Assembly: GCA_013115145.1 (NCBI GenBank)
Contig: JAAPAO010000280.1
Location: 1-43,756 of the forward strand
Origin: Perkinsus chesapeaki ATCC PRA-425
Taxonomy: Eukaryota > Protista > Perkinsozoa
DNA: 43,756 bases
Reading direction: 5' to 3'
A program made the position numbers and the translations under genes. Below, one piece after another: positions 22,611 to 31,615 of this stretch (positions are counted from its first letter, which is position 1; each line of letters opens with the position of its first letter). The notes under the pieces are model-generated. The model was not told where the DNA came from. It worked only from the letters and a program-made list of their open reading frames with translations, and did not search any database.

Positions 22611-25089
22611 ATGTTCGGCGGTGGTGGTGCAGATCTTGGCGGCTTTGGTGGTTATGGTGGCTTCGGAGGTGAGGTCAAGGTTTGAGGAAAGCTCCCTCGG
22701 TGGTCGGTTGTACTACCGTCCATCTACTGTTTTTGTAGTGTGTGATCATCGAGACTTTCGTCTGGCTATATCTACTTGTTTGGGGCGTGTGATATGGGAT
22801 TAGCTGCCATACAATAACCCCCTGTATCAAAAACGGTGCTGTCTACTCAATTCACAGTTGTTGTTTGTGCCTTGGAAAGAAACGGAAACGGAACCATGCA
22901 CTGGATTTACTTCTTTCTTGACCACCTCTCTAATTCCTTTTGGTGTGGCAAGTTTCAGAAAATAAAGTACTTGCGGCAAGTACCGAGTCATCGAAAGCAA
23001 GATTCTTGCCAGCTTCCAGCTGACTGTTTCTCCTATGTTCCAGCTTCATCAGGTTTCGGAGCATCCCAAGCCGGTGGCTTTGGTGGGGGTGGTGGCATGA
23101 CACAGGGCATGGCTGGTGGAGGCGGAGGTGGGGGAGGCTTTTATACCAGCCCGGCCAGACGTAAGGCAACTCTCTACGGCTAGAGGTGTCAGTAAAGATT
23201 TCCAGAGTCGGTTGGGGGGTTTGGCGGCCCTGCATCACCGGGAACAGCTCGATCGAGGGTGGATTATTCAGCGAAGGAATCGATGGGGCTCATACCGGTT
23301 ACAGTGGCGATGGTGGCTAATGCTGTTGGAGAACTAGAAGTGGGAGAGAATAATCCTAAGTAGTTGAGGGTGGTATTGTAGTAGTGTGCATAGCGATTGT
23401 GATGGAAAGCATTGATCTTATCCAAGTGACCAAATCCTAAAAGCATGTATCTTGTCGACATCTTCATTCGCGGGGATTTCATTGCATCTCATAACTGAGA
23501 ACGTTGTAAATGTAGGACCTATGTGTCAGGTCGTAGTACGCCTGGGGTTGGTTTCATCGGGAACATATTTCCTCTTGGTATTAATTGAAAGCTTCTCACT
23601 TTTCCTCCTTTTCCTTATCTCTCTCCCCCCTAGCCGACCTGCGGGAGCCGCATTCTACTTACTCGCAAATGCTATATCGCACTACAGTATTATCGTATTG
23701 CTATAGTTATATATTGCTACTCTGATGTCACTAGTACCTATATGCATGATAGGGTACTGGGCACATTCAAGTTCGCATCGACATCACCGTTGCTGATGGC
23801 TACGGCATGACCATGGCTAATCTTCGTTGTACAGGTTTCACGGTAAGGAGGTATCGATGGCGGAGATAGTGGGAGCGGTTGTGGACATTCAGAGGAAGAA
23901 CGAAAAGTAATAGGTGGTTTATATTCCACCATCTGCTCTGTTCTACAGTGCATTGGAGTACACCATAGATGACGGCACTGGTTGTATTCTTGCTAAGCGA
24001 TATCTTGACGGAGGTCTCTCGACGTTAGGTGGTAATGAGGAAGGGTAAGGCTGGTGAATTAGGTGGCTCAGGTGCTCCGGGGGAGGACATTCAAATAGGG
24101 CAGTACGTCACTGTGGTGGGACCAGTGAAACGCTTCTCCACTGAAACCGCGATCACGGCTCACAAGATGGAACCTATTACGTCGTAATAAAAGGGAGACA
24201 GAAATTGTGTCGAGTATGAACTTCCAAATTATAATTGTGCTTTTAAAATCGTCGGTGGGATTATCGATTGAAGCTGTGTAACTCGTATATTTCCTTATAC
24301 GCGTACCTGGCTGAAGGAGCCTCGAAGTGAAAGACAAGAGACTTGTGTCTAGGACTTCCCTCATCGAGAAGGGAAGTCAGGAGGCTGTCCGTTAGCGTTT
24401 GAGGGTAGTTTCGTTACCTGAAGAGATTCATCTCGTGTGGGTATAGTGATGTCGATCAGTAGTACAGTTGCAATCGATTTGTTGTAACTGATCAGCCCCG
24501 ATCGTATCGCCTATCATATCATAGCGGTCAGCCACGCCATGGTTATGTTGACGGAGGAGATACCCAATATGAAAGCTTCATTGCAGAATTCGGGGAATGC
24601 TCAGAGCAGCGGACAGCAGCAGCATCATCATGCGGCTGTGAAGCAGCAAGATGGTAGTGACTTTGGTTGCCGATGTGGAATGGAATTGATGTAGTTCTGG
24701 GAGGATTTGGCGGAACCAACTATCAGACGCAGAGCCATCAGTCGTTGATGCAGAGGAACAGTAAGCATCATGGGCGAGGTTATGAGGCTACTCGTGGCGG
24801 CCTTGTTGTTGTTAGGCTCGATTGGAGGGAATGCTATCCTGGGTAGGGCTAGACAGATGCTCATACCGGAGTTGAGGGCGGCATTCGGAGGCATGATGGC
24901 AGCGTTCTCGAGGCAACAGGTTATTATGAGATTTAATACGAGGTTCTCCATGGATGAGGTAGGGGGTGTCTGGGCGAGATTTGGTGGAAAAGTAGGTATC
25001 AGATAAATCAAATGTTGCAAGCGTTGACGGATGACGGTCAGCTGTATACGACTGAAGATGACGATCACTTCAAGATGTCAGGCGTGTGA
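22611..25089 (+). CDS. RPA2: Replication protein A 32-kDa subunit
   Basis: 10 exons: Gly-rich N-terminus, LIPVTVAMV, FHGKEVSMAEIVG, LEYTIDDGTG, IGQYVTVVG, IAYHII (OB fold) and a winged-helix tail LTDDGQLYTTEDDDHFK. Long introns at 22669-23043, 23360-23834 and 24184-24495. Confidence 0.92.
23393..23505 (+). ncRNA. Candidate intronic box C/D RNA in RPA2 intron 3
   Basis: C-like GTGATGG at 23399-23405, CTGA at 23495-23498, imperfect terminal stem AGCGATT/GAACGTT. Not validated. Confidence 0.35.
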
Positions 25090-25766
25090 GGCTAATTAGC
25101 ACTTCGAAAAGCTGGACCAATATCCCTGCAATAATCTTGCTATACTTAACCCATCTTACGTTTCCTCAACGTTGTATTTTGTTGGTTAATAATGGTTGTA
25201 GCTATGCTAACACACCGCTTTGTAATGAGAGGAAGATTTATTTTACATTTTCCTTATTCGATCTTTGCGTGGGTCTTTCGGTCTTCGGTGGTGATGCGCT
25301 GACGGAGCCGTGCCGTGTGCGCATGCGTGCAGATTTCAGAGTCGTAATTTGTGATGATGCTGCAAGGTAGCTTTTTTTCGAATGGGGGCAATCCTCTGCC
25401 ATATAAGGAGGTTCTGTGTGAAAACTCCAGTATCTGGGACGTCACAATTTGGAACACAATTGTGCCAGGGGTTGCATAATGTCCCGTGTAGATAGGAGGC
25501 TCCTTTTACACTTATGGTTCGGGTTGATGGGTTGAGTCCTTAGCTTGTACGTTGCTACATTATCTTAATAGTCGGTATAGTGGAAGAAAGTGTGGTATGA
25601 GGCCTACCTGGTGCAGTTGGTTAATGCACTTGGTGTCATGAGCGAAGACAACGGTAGCACACAACGCTGCTGTCTCCTTAGCGGAAGAAGCTAACGTCCA
25701 CGGTGAACACTAAAAACACTCACACTTAATTGATTTCAAACAAACTACTTTCAATCTTTTTCAAAT

Positions 25767-26933
25767 ATGTCGTCTTCTAACGAGTTAATCTTGAAGCTGC
25801 ACACTACCGAGGAGACTCTTCGTGTTCGTGTCGATGCTGAGAAGTGCAAGGACATGGCACAGATCAAGGGTTACATCGAGCAAGCCTGGCCTGCTCTCAA
25901 GGGCAAGGAGTATCGTATCTACTACTTGGATGATTTCGACGAAATGTGCCTATTAAACGATCTCTCTGTTGGTGATGCTATGTCTTTGCCTGGGAAGATG
26001 TTCAAGTCCGATGACGAGACTGCCGTACCTGTTCTCGATTTGTTCATCAAGACCGATGCAGACAAGACCGGTGCTGTTAGGAGCGCTCAGGAAGATACTT
26101 CCGCAAGGAATCTTGCTAGGTGGTTGACCGACTTCGATTACATGAACACCTTTGATGATGCTTGGCAGCTGGTTGATAGCATGCTTGCTACTGGTCAGGA
26201 TCTTGACAGTGTCGCCAGACATCTCCAGAACAGGCAGAACCAGAAGCAGGCTGTTGCTGCGGCTCCCGTTGCAGCCGCTCCCGCTGCTGTGGAGGCTCCT
26301 AGAGGAGAGAAGCGGACTGCTAGCGAAATGGAGAAGGATGACAGCAGCAGCAAAGCCATTCAGCCTCACACTAAGTCCACTGGTACCATCTCGGCTACTA
26401 CTCGCAATGGAGATCATGAGTATCATATCGAGAGGCATGTGAAGTCCGAGAAGGAGGCCGTTGATACTATGGTAGATTTGCTAACAGAGATGGGCTTTGT
26501 TGACAGCAAGGACAAGGCTAAGGAGCTCGTGAATGGTTTGGTTGGTTCTGGTAAAGATCTCCAACGTGTTGCCGATCATATCGTGTCTAGGGCAATCGAG
26601 CAAGAGCAAGACTCTTCTCGTGCTCAAAGGGACATCGCCAACGAGATGAGGATGGTTGACCAAGATTCTACTGCTCGTGACTTCGCCGACCTTCTTGATG
26701 ACTTTGGTTTTGTGGAGAGCCGTGATGCTGCCCGTGAACTAGTGGGCTCTTTGATGGCCACTCAGCAGAACCTCAGTCGTATCGCCGATCACTTCATGCG
26801 TCATGCTCGAACCACATCTCTCAAGGGTTCTAAGAAGGTAGCTGACGCTCAGAAGAAGGCTGTTGGTGATGTCGCCGAGAAGAAGGCTCCTGCTGACAGT
26901 AAGGCTGCCACTGAGCAAGAAAAGACTGCGTAA
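25767..26933 (+). CDS. PB1 + 3x UBA-like repeat protein (p62/SQSTM1-like architecture), paralogue 1, intronless
   Basis: 388-aa ORF. N-terminal LILKLH...RVRV and acidic YYLDDFDEMCLLND..GDA (PB1 basic Lys plus OPCA-like motif). Three ~43-aa helical repeats, the second containing LTEMGF. Confidence 0.88.
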   Translation: MSSSNELILKLHTTEETLRVRVDAEKCKDMAQIKGYIEQAWPALKGKEYRIYYLDDFDEMCLLNDLSVGDAMSLPGKMFKSDDETAVPVLDLFIKTDADKTGAVRSAQEDTSARNLARWLTDFDYMNTFDDAWQLVDSMLATGQDLDSVARHLQNRQNQKQAVAAAPVAAAPAAVEAPRGEKRTASEMEKDDSSSKAIQPHTKSTGTISATTRNGDHEYHIERHVKSEKEAVDTMVDLLTEMGFVDSKDKAKELVNGLVGSGKDLQRVADHIVSRAIEQEQDSSRAQRDIANEMRMVDQDSTARDFADLLDDFGFVESRDAARELVGSLMATQQNLSRIADHFMRHARTTSLKGSKKVADAQKKAVGDVAEKKAPADSKAATEQEKTA

Positions 26934-27480
26934 ACCTACTATAAATGATGAAGCAGTAATTACCGAAAATACCCTATTAGGTTCTAATTACTCCATATAC
27001 CTTTCTATGGTTCTTTCATTCCTTTATCAAATATGCTATAACATAGCATTTTCTAAATAATCACTCTACGCTTGTGTTTTTGGTAGAGGTCGAAAGTTAA
27101 CTTTGCAATTGCCTTACGAGCGCAGTGGTGACCATTTAGCAAAAACATGATGTTGGCGCTCATCACGAGATTTGTGTGATTTACCTATCGACGGCATCGA
27201 AGTCTCTAAGCTGCGTTTGAGAACTGTTGATTGATTATTAGCATCGAGCTGAATGTGGCAATGTTCCGGCTCCATTTGTAGACCGGTTGTTGTTGCGGCT
27301 TGTCCCAGGCCATTGATATTGAAGACTGGCCATCCTCCTAGAGGAAATCATAGTGGAAGAATGTTAGCCTTTTCCATGCAGCTTCAACATAAACCTATTT
27401 GGCAGCTCGCCTCTACTCTTGTCAATAAGGAACTTCGTAACACGCTCTCCGTAGACGACTGCTTGATGGGCTATCTGCAT

Positions 27481-27660
27481 ATGACTGTCATGAGATTGTA
27501 CACTTACTTCTACACATGACTGTTATGGAATAATTCACTTCTACAAATGACTGTCATGAGGTAATTCACTCACCCCTACACATGACTGTTATGGAATAAT
27601 TCACTTATTTCTACTATACATGACTGTCATGAGATAATTCACTTACTTATCCTACACATG
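27481..27660. repeat. Alternating A/B minisatellite (31-38 bp) with palindromic core ATGAC-T-GTCAT
   Basis: Unit starts at 27481 (A), 27516 (B), 27547 (A), 27582 (B), 27620 (A), partial at 27658. Confidence 0.9.
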
Positions 27661-27793
27661 AATCTGAGGCCCCATCTTCCTCTGAAGCGACTTCCAAGTG
27701 ACAACAAAACAAGGAACAATGAAATATAAGAGTATTTGAAAATGATGAAGTAGACAACTAAAAATAGCATTACTCATGGCAAAATTATTGCGC

Positions 27794-28837
27794 TTAATGA
27801 GTCAGACTCTTCTTGCTAGCATCGGTTCTACCAGCCTCCAAACGCTTAGTAAGGCCGTCAAGATCAGCCTGAGTGGCCATTAGAGCACTGACGAGTTCTC
27901 TTGCAGCGGCCTTGTTCTGAATGAATCCGAAATCACTGAGCATGTCGACGAAGTTCCTTGCTAGAGGATCAGCTTGAACATTCTGAAGCTCCTTCGTCTC
28001 ATCTTGGACTTCCTTGGTATCCTTGGCATCAGCCTTCTCGTAACCCATCAGGCGATCAGCAACCTTCTGCATACTTGACATGTCGTCAAACATGTTGTTG
28101 ACGAGTTGCTGGCCACTCTTCTTGTCACCGACAAATCCAGACTTGTTCAAGAAGTCGGCCATCGCATCTTTAGCCTCCTTCTCGGAAGATACTTCCTTCT
28201 CCATATGCATCACCTTGGGCTCAGAGCCTGATTGCTGGACAGCCTTCTCACAGCTAACGCTGACCGCAGGCTTCTTCTGCGAAGTAGCAACCTGCTTTTG
28301 AGCAGCTTCGTCCTGCTCCTCAACGGAGGGCTCTTCCTTCTTGTCGACGACAGCCTTCTGCTCCTTCTTTTCGGCCTTCTTAGCCTTCAATGAATCGGCA
28401 ACCTTGGCCATATCCTGATCAGCAGCCGCTAAGCTGTCAACCAAACGCAATGCTGCGAAAGGATCAGTGACATAGTCCAAGTCGTCGAGCAAATCAGCAA
28501 CCATGAGAGCAGTGGGGTCCAATGGAGTAAAGCTAGGCTGTTCACCTCCCTTAACGTCCACGTAGATATCCAATACAGGGACAGTATAAGAGATCTTGCC
28601 CCTAGCATTAGCAACTGCCAAAGCATCAGGGAGAGAGAGGTCGTTCAGTAGACACATCTCACCGACGTTGTCCAAGTAGAAGAGGCGATAGTCGCGGAAC
28701 TGAAGTTCACGCCAGGCCTTCTCCACAAAACCACAGAGCTGCTCGTAGGTCTGGCACTGTTCGGGATCGACTCTAACACGGATTGTCTCCGAATCAGAGT
28801 GCAACTTAAGGCATAGAACACTTGCGATAGATGACAT
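27794..28837 (-). CDS. PB1 + 3x UBA-like repeat protein, paralogue 2, intronless
   Basis: 347-aa ORF; LCLKLH...RVRV, FYLDNVGEMCLLNDLSLPDA and the same three repeats. Confidence 0.88.
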   Translation of the reverse strand: MSSIASVLCLKLHSDSETIRVRVDPEQCQTYEQLCGFVEKAWRELQFRDYRLFYLDNVGEMCLLNDLSLPDALAVANARGKISYTVPVLDIYVDVKGGEQPSFTPLDPTALMVADLLDDLDYVTDPFAALRLVDSLAAADQDMAKVADSLKAKKAEKKEQKAVVDKKEEPSVEEQDEAAQKQVATSQKKPAVSVSCEKAVQQSGSEPKVMHMEKEVSSEKEAKDAMADFLNKSGFVGDKKSGQQLVNNMFDDMSSMQKVADRLMGYEKADAKDTKEVQDETKELQNVQADPLARNFVDMLSDFGFIQNKAAARELVSALMATQADLDGLTKRLEAGRTDASKKSLTH

Positions 28838-29370
28838 ATTTAAATGATTAAAGAATTGAATAGATAACTACGAAGCGATATATGTGACCAAAACAAGTTA
28901 TTCAGAGCACCACATGAATCGTGTTTTCGAGAGCATGACTCTTTGCTGAAGCTTTGTTCGGCTAGTAGCGATATGATGCCAACTACACAACAATGGTGTA
29001 ACACAATGCTGTCTCCTCTTTATTCTCCGCGGCTAGAGTATACAGCAATTACTGAAGAGATTTCTTCCAAATATAAAGGCTTGCTGACTAGTGGTGTAGC
29101 AGGTGCCATTCATTTCCTGGGTGTTCATAGAGGCAAGGACACCGGTATGTTTCCCCGATCGGGCATCGTCTCCATCACGAGTATCTTGCGCAGAATCGTG
29201 TTCATGTCCCCAGCTTCGGTGGCGCAGCTAAGATACGATCTGCTCATCATGAAAACGTGAGCGTCATTAGCTATTCAGTGAGATATAGGAGAGGGATATT
29301 CGTTGGTGATATAAAGTACTTGTTTCTTCCTGTAGTTTCAATTGAATTTCTTTCATAAATACTATCAATA

Positions 29371-30474
29371 ATGTCAAGTGATCTTATTCTAAAGCTTCGT
29401 ACTAGAACACAAACGATGAGGGTCAGAGTTGCCTCTGAGAAGTTGACTGATATGTGTCAAATTAAGGACTATATCGAGAAGGTCTGGACTCAGTTGCAGG
29501 GCAAGCAGTATCGTGTGTACTATGTCGATGAGTTCGGCGAGATGTGCCTCTTGAACGACTTGTCTCTTGGTGATGCTATCGCAACTGTCAGAGAACAGGC
29601 TGCTGCTCTCAACATTACCCCTGTGTTGGACTTATACATTCAAGACGAGGGTGAGGAAGTTCCACTATCATCTGCCGTTCCTGAGGAAAACATCGCTCAA
29701 CAGGCTGACGTCGCTGATACCCTCGCACAGTTGTTGGACGATATGGACTTCATGGACAGTCTGGACGCCGCCGAGCAGTTTGTTGATGGTCTGGTAGCAG
29801 CTGACTCTGATTTGGATGCGATACTAAGCCACTTGCAAGGTGATGACGGTGCTGCACAACGGAAGGTTGTTCCCGCAGCTCCTGCCAAGTCTATTGCGGC
29901 TCCTGAGAAGAAGTCCACGAAGGCCGTGCAGAAGGCTGCCAAGCCCTCTAAACAGCCGTCTACCACTGGTGAGATTGAAGCCAGCGGATATGAGCAAGTT
30001 GGTGATAAGGCACCCAAGCAGTTCCACATTGAGAGACAGGTGTCTTCTCCGAAGGAGGCTTCTGATATGATGGTCGACCTTCTCTCGAAGATGGGCTTTG
30101 TTGACAGCAAGAAGGACGCCCAGGACCTCGTAGCAAATCTGACAAGCTCTCCTGATGACTTGCAACGAGTTGCGGACCACATTGAAGATTTAGTAGAAGG
30201 ACGGGAGCCTGCTGTTATGGATGATACTGCCAGACAGTTCATCGACATGTTGAATGATACCGGTATGGTTCAAGACAAGGACGCTGCCGAGGATCTTGTT
30301 GGTGCATTGGTAGACGCTGAGCAAGATGTTGACAAGGTCTTTAACAACTTCCTCGAAAGGACCAATTCCAAACAGCAGCAGAAGGCAATTCAGCAGCCTC
30401 ACAAGTCTACGAGGAGGTCCCATCGGAGTCGCCGTTCTTCCAAGAAGCAACAGGCTGCTCAGTCCTCCGCATAA
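29371..30474 (+). CDS. PB1 + 3x UBA-like repeat protein, paralogue 3, intronless
   Basis: 367-aa ORF; LILKLR...RVRV, YYVDEFGEMCLLNDLSLGDA; repeat 2 contains LSKMGF; basic C-terminal tail. Confidence 0.88.
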   Translation: MSSDLILKLRTRTQTMRVRVASEKLTDMCQIKDYIEKVWTQLQGKQYRVYYVDEFGEMCLLNDLSLGDAIATVREQAAALNITPVLDLYIQDEGEEVPLSSAVPEENIAQQADVADTLAQLLDDMDFMDSLDAAEQFVDGLVAADSDLDAILSHLQGDDGAAQRKVVPAAPAKSIAAPEKKSTKAVQKAAKPSKQPSTTGEIEASGYEQVGDKAPKQFHIERQVSSPKEASDMMVDLLSKMGFVDSKKDAQDLVANLTSSPDDLQRVADHIEDLVEGREPAVMDDTARQFIDMLNDTGMVQDKDAAEDLVGALVDAEQDVDKVFNNFLERTNSKQQQKAIQQPHKSTRRSHRSRRSSKKQQAAQSSA

Positions 30475-31075
30475 GTGCGTAGCTTTATTGATTTTCATAC
30501 TAATCTTATAAAATACCCATTTGGTGATATAACTATGATACTGAGAATATAATTCTCTTCTAATAATTACTTGGCTTTGTGTTCTGTAGTAGCTGGGTAT
30601 TGGTATTCAGAGGGTTTCAACTCGGCACTCCCTACATCCGTACAGGAAGGGAAGTGCGGTGAGAATTGCAAACGTGCCTTCGACCTTACGTCGATTATTG
30701 TGACAGCTCGTTGATTGATGTATGTATCAGATATATACCTCGCCAGTGAGTAGCTCTAGCAGCCTAAGTAAGCACACAGTGTGTGTACCGTACACAGTGT
30801 AGGATGCTCGCTCCTAGAGCAATGCTCTATAAGTGACATAGCTAAGCGTGTGTGAAAGCGGGTGCGCCTGTTCGAAGCCTTTGTAAGGAGATCTGCGTTA
30901 TCTGCCTTCATCGAGGAGCTAATGGTGTGTCGGGACTTCAGAATTGAAATGTAGAACATGTCATTCCACAGAACGACGGAGGCGTAGCACTAGCGGTTAC
31001 AAGCCGATAGATTGTATATCCAATATCCATAATGTAAGCTTCGTGCTTGAGAGCTGCTCTGTGGGTACATCTAAC

Positions 31076-31155
31076 GACAGTTTGGCCGAGTGGTCTAAGG
31101 CGCTAGCTTCAGGCGCTAAACCGAAAGGGCGCGAGTTCGAATCTCGCAGCTGTTA
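31076..31155 (+). tRNA. trnL-CAG: tRNA-Leu(CAG), variant copy with C.A mismatch at the top of the anticodon stem
   Basis: Identical to 20615-20694 except GT>AA at 31119-31120. Confidence 0.8.
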
Positions 31156-31542
31156 TAGTATGGTGTTTTAATGAGTTCGCTCGAAACCATGAAGTCACTT
31201 CATTGAAGTGTTAGTCATGTATATAACAGTCGGCGCCACGACTGGCAAAAACGGTTTGAGCGAGAAACTTTAGTAGAGCAAATTGTTAGCTGGAAGCACA
31301 CCAGTTCACTTTCGCAAGTATGTCCCATGCGGCGCAGTAACCCCCAATAGCACCATCATCAGCGGTGCTAGAGAGTCCTGGGCCACGTTTTAGCCACTTT
31401 TGGTATGCTCAACGCATTTTACCGTGGCCAGTGAGCTAAAAGCTGCTCTATGTTAATTCAGAACCTAGTTCTTGCCTCAGTGAGGTCAACTTCCGCGCCC
31501 TGATTTGTGAGTCCACGGGAGAGCGGTATTCTTTTAATACAA

Positions 31543-31615
31543 GCCCAGATAGCTCAGTTGGGAGAGCGCCAGACTGAAGATCTGGAGGTCCTCAGTTCGA
31601 TCCTGGGTCTGGGCA
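31543..31615 (+). tRNA. trnF-GAA: tRNA-Phe(GAA)
   Basis: 73-nt cloverleaf, CCAGA-CTGAAGA-TCTGG anticodon arm, TTTT terminator just downstream. Confidence 0.96.

Noticed and set aside
22684-22700. GAGGAAAGCTCC resembling the RNase P CR-I motif
   Set aside because: No complementary CR-V/P4 partner found downstream in the intron.
24405-24430. Hammerhead ribozyme (CTGAAGA on +, CGAAAC on -)
   Set aside because: The two core motifs are on opposite strands and the helices do not match hammerhead topology.
27481-27660. CRISPR-like array with palindromic repeats
   Set aside because: The intervening sequences are related to each other, there are no cas genes, and the locus is eukaryotic.
25953-30248. 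Long antisense or alternate-frame ORFs over the PB1 genes (e.g. 25953-26438, 29697-30248)
   Set aside because: Expected by-product of strong codon bias; no independent features.
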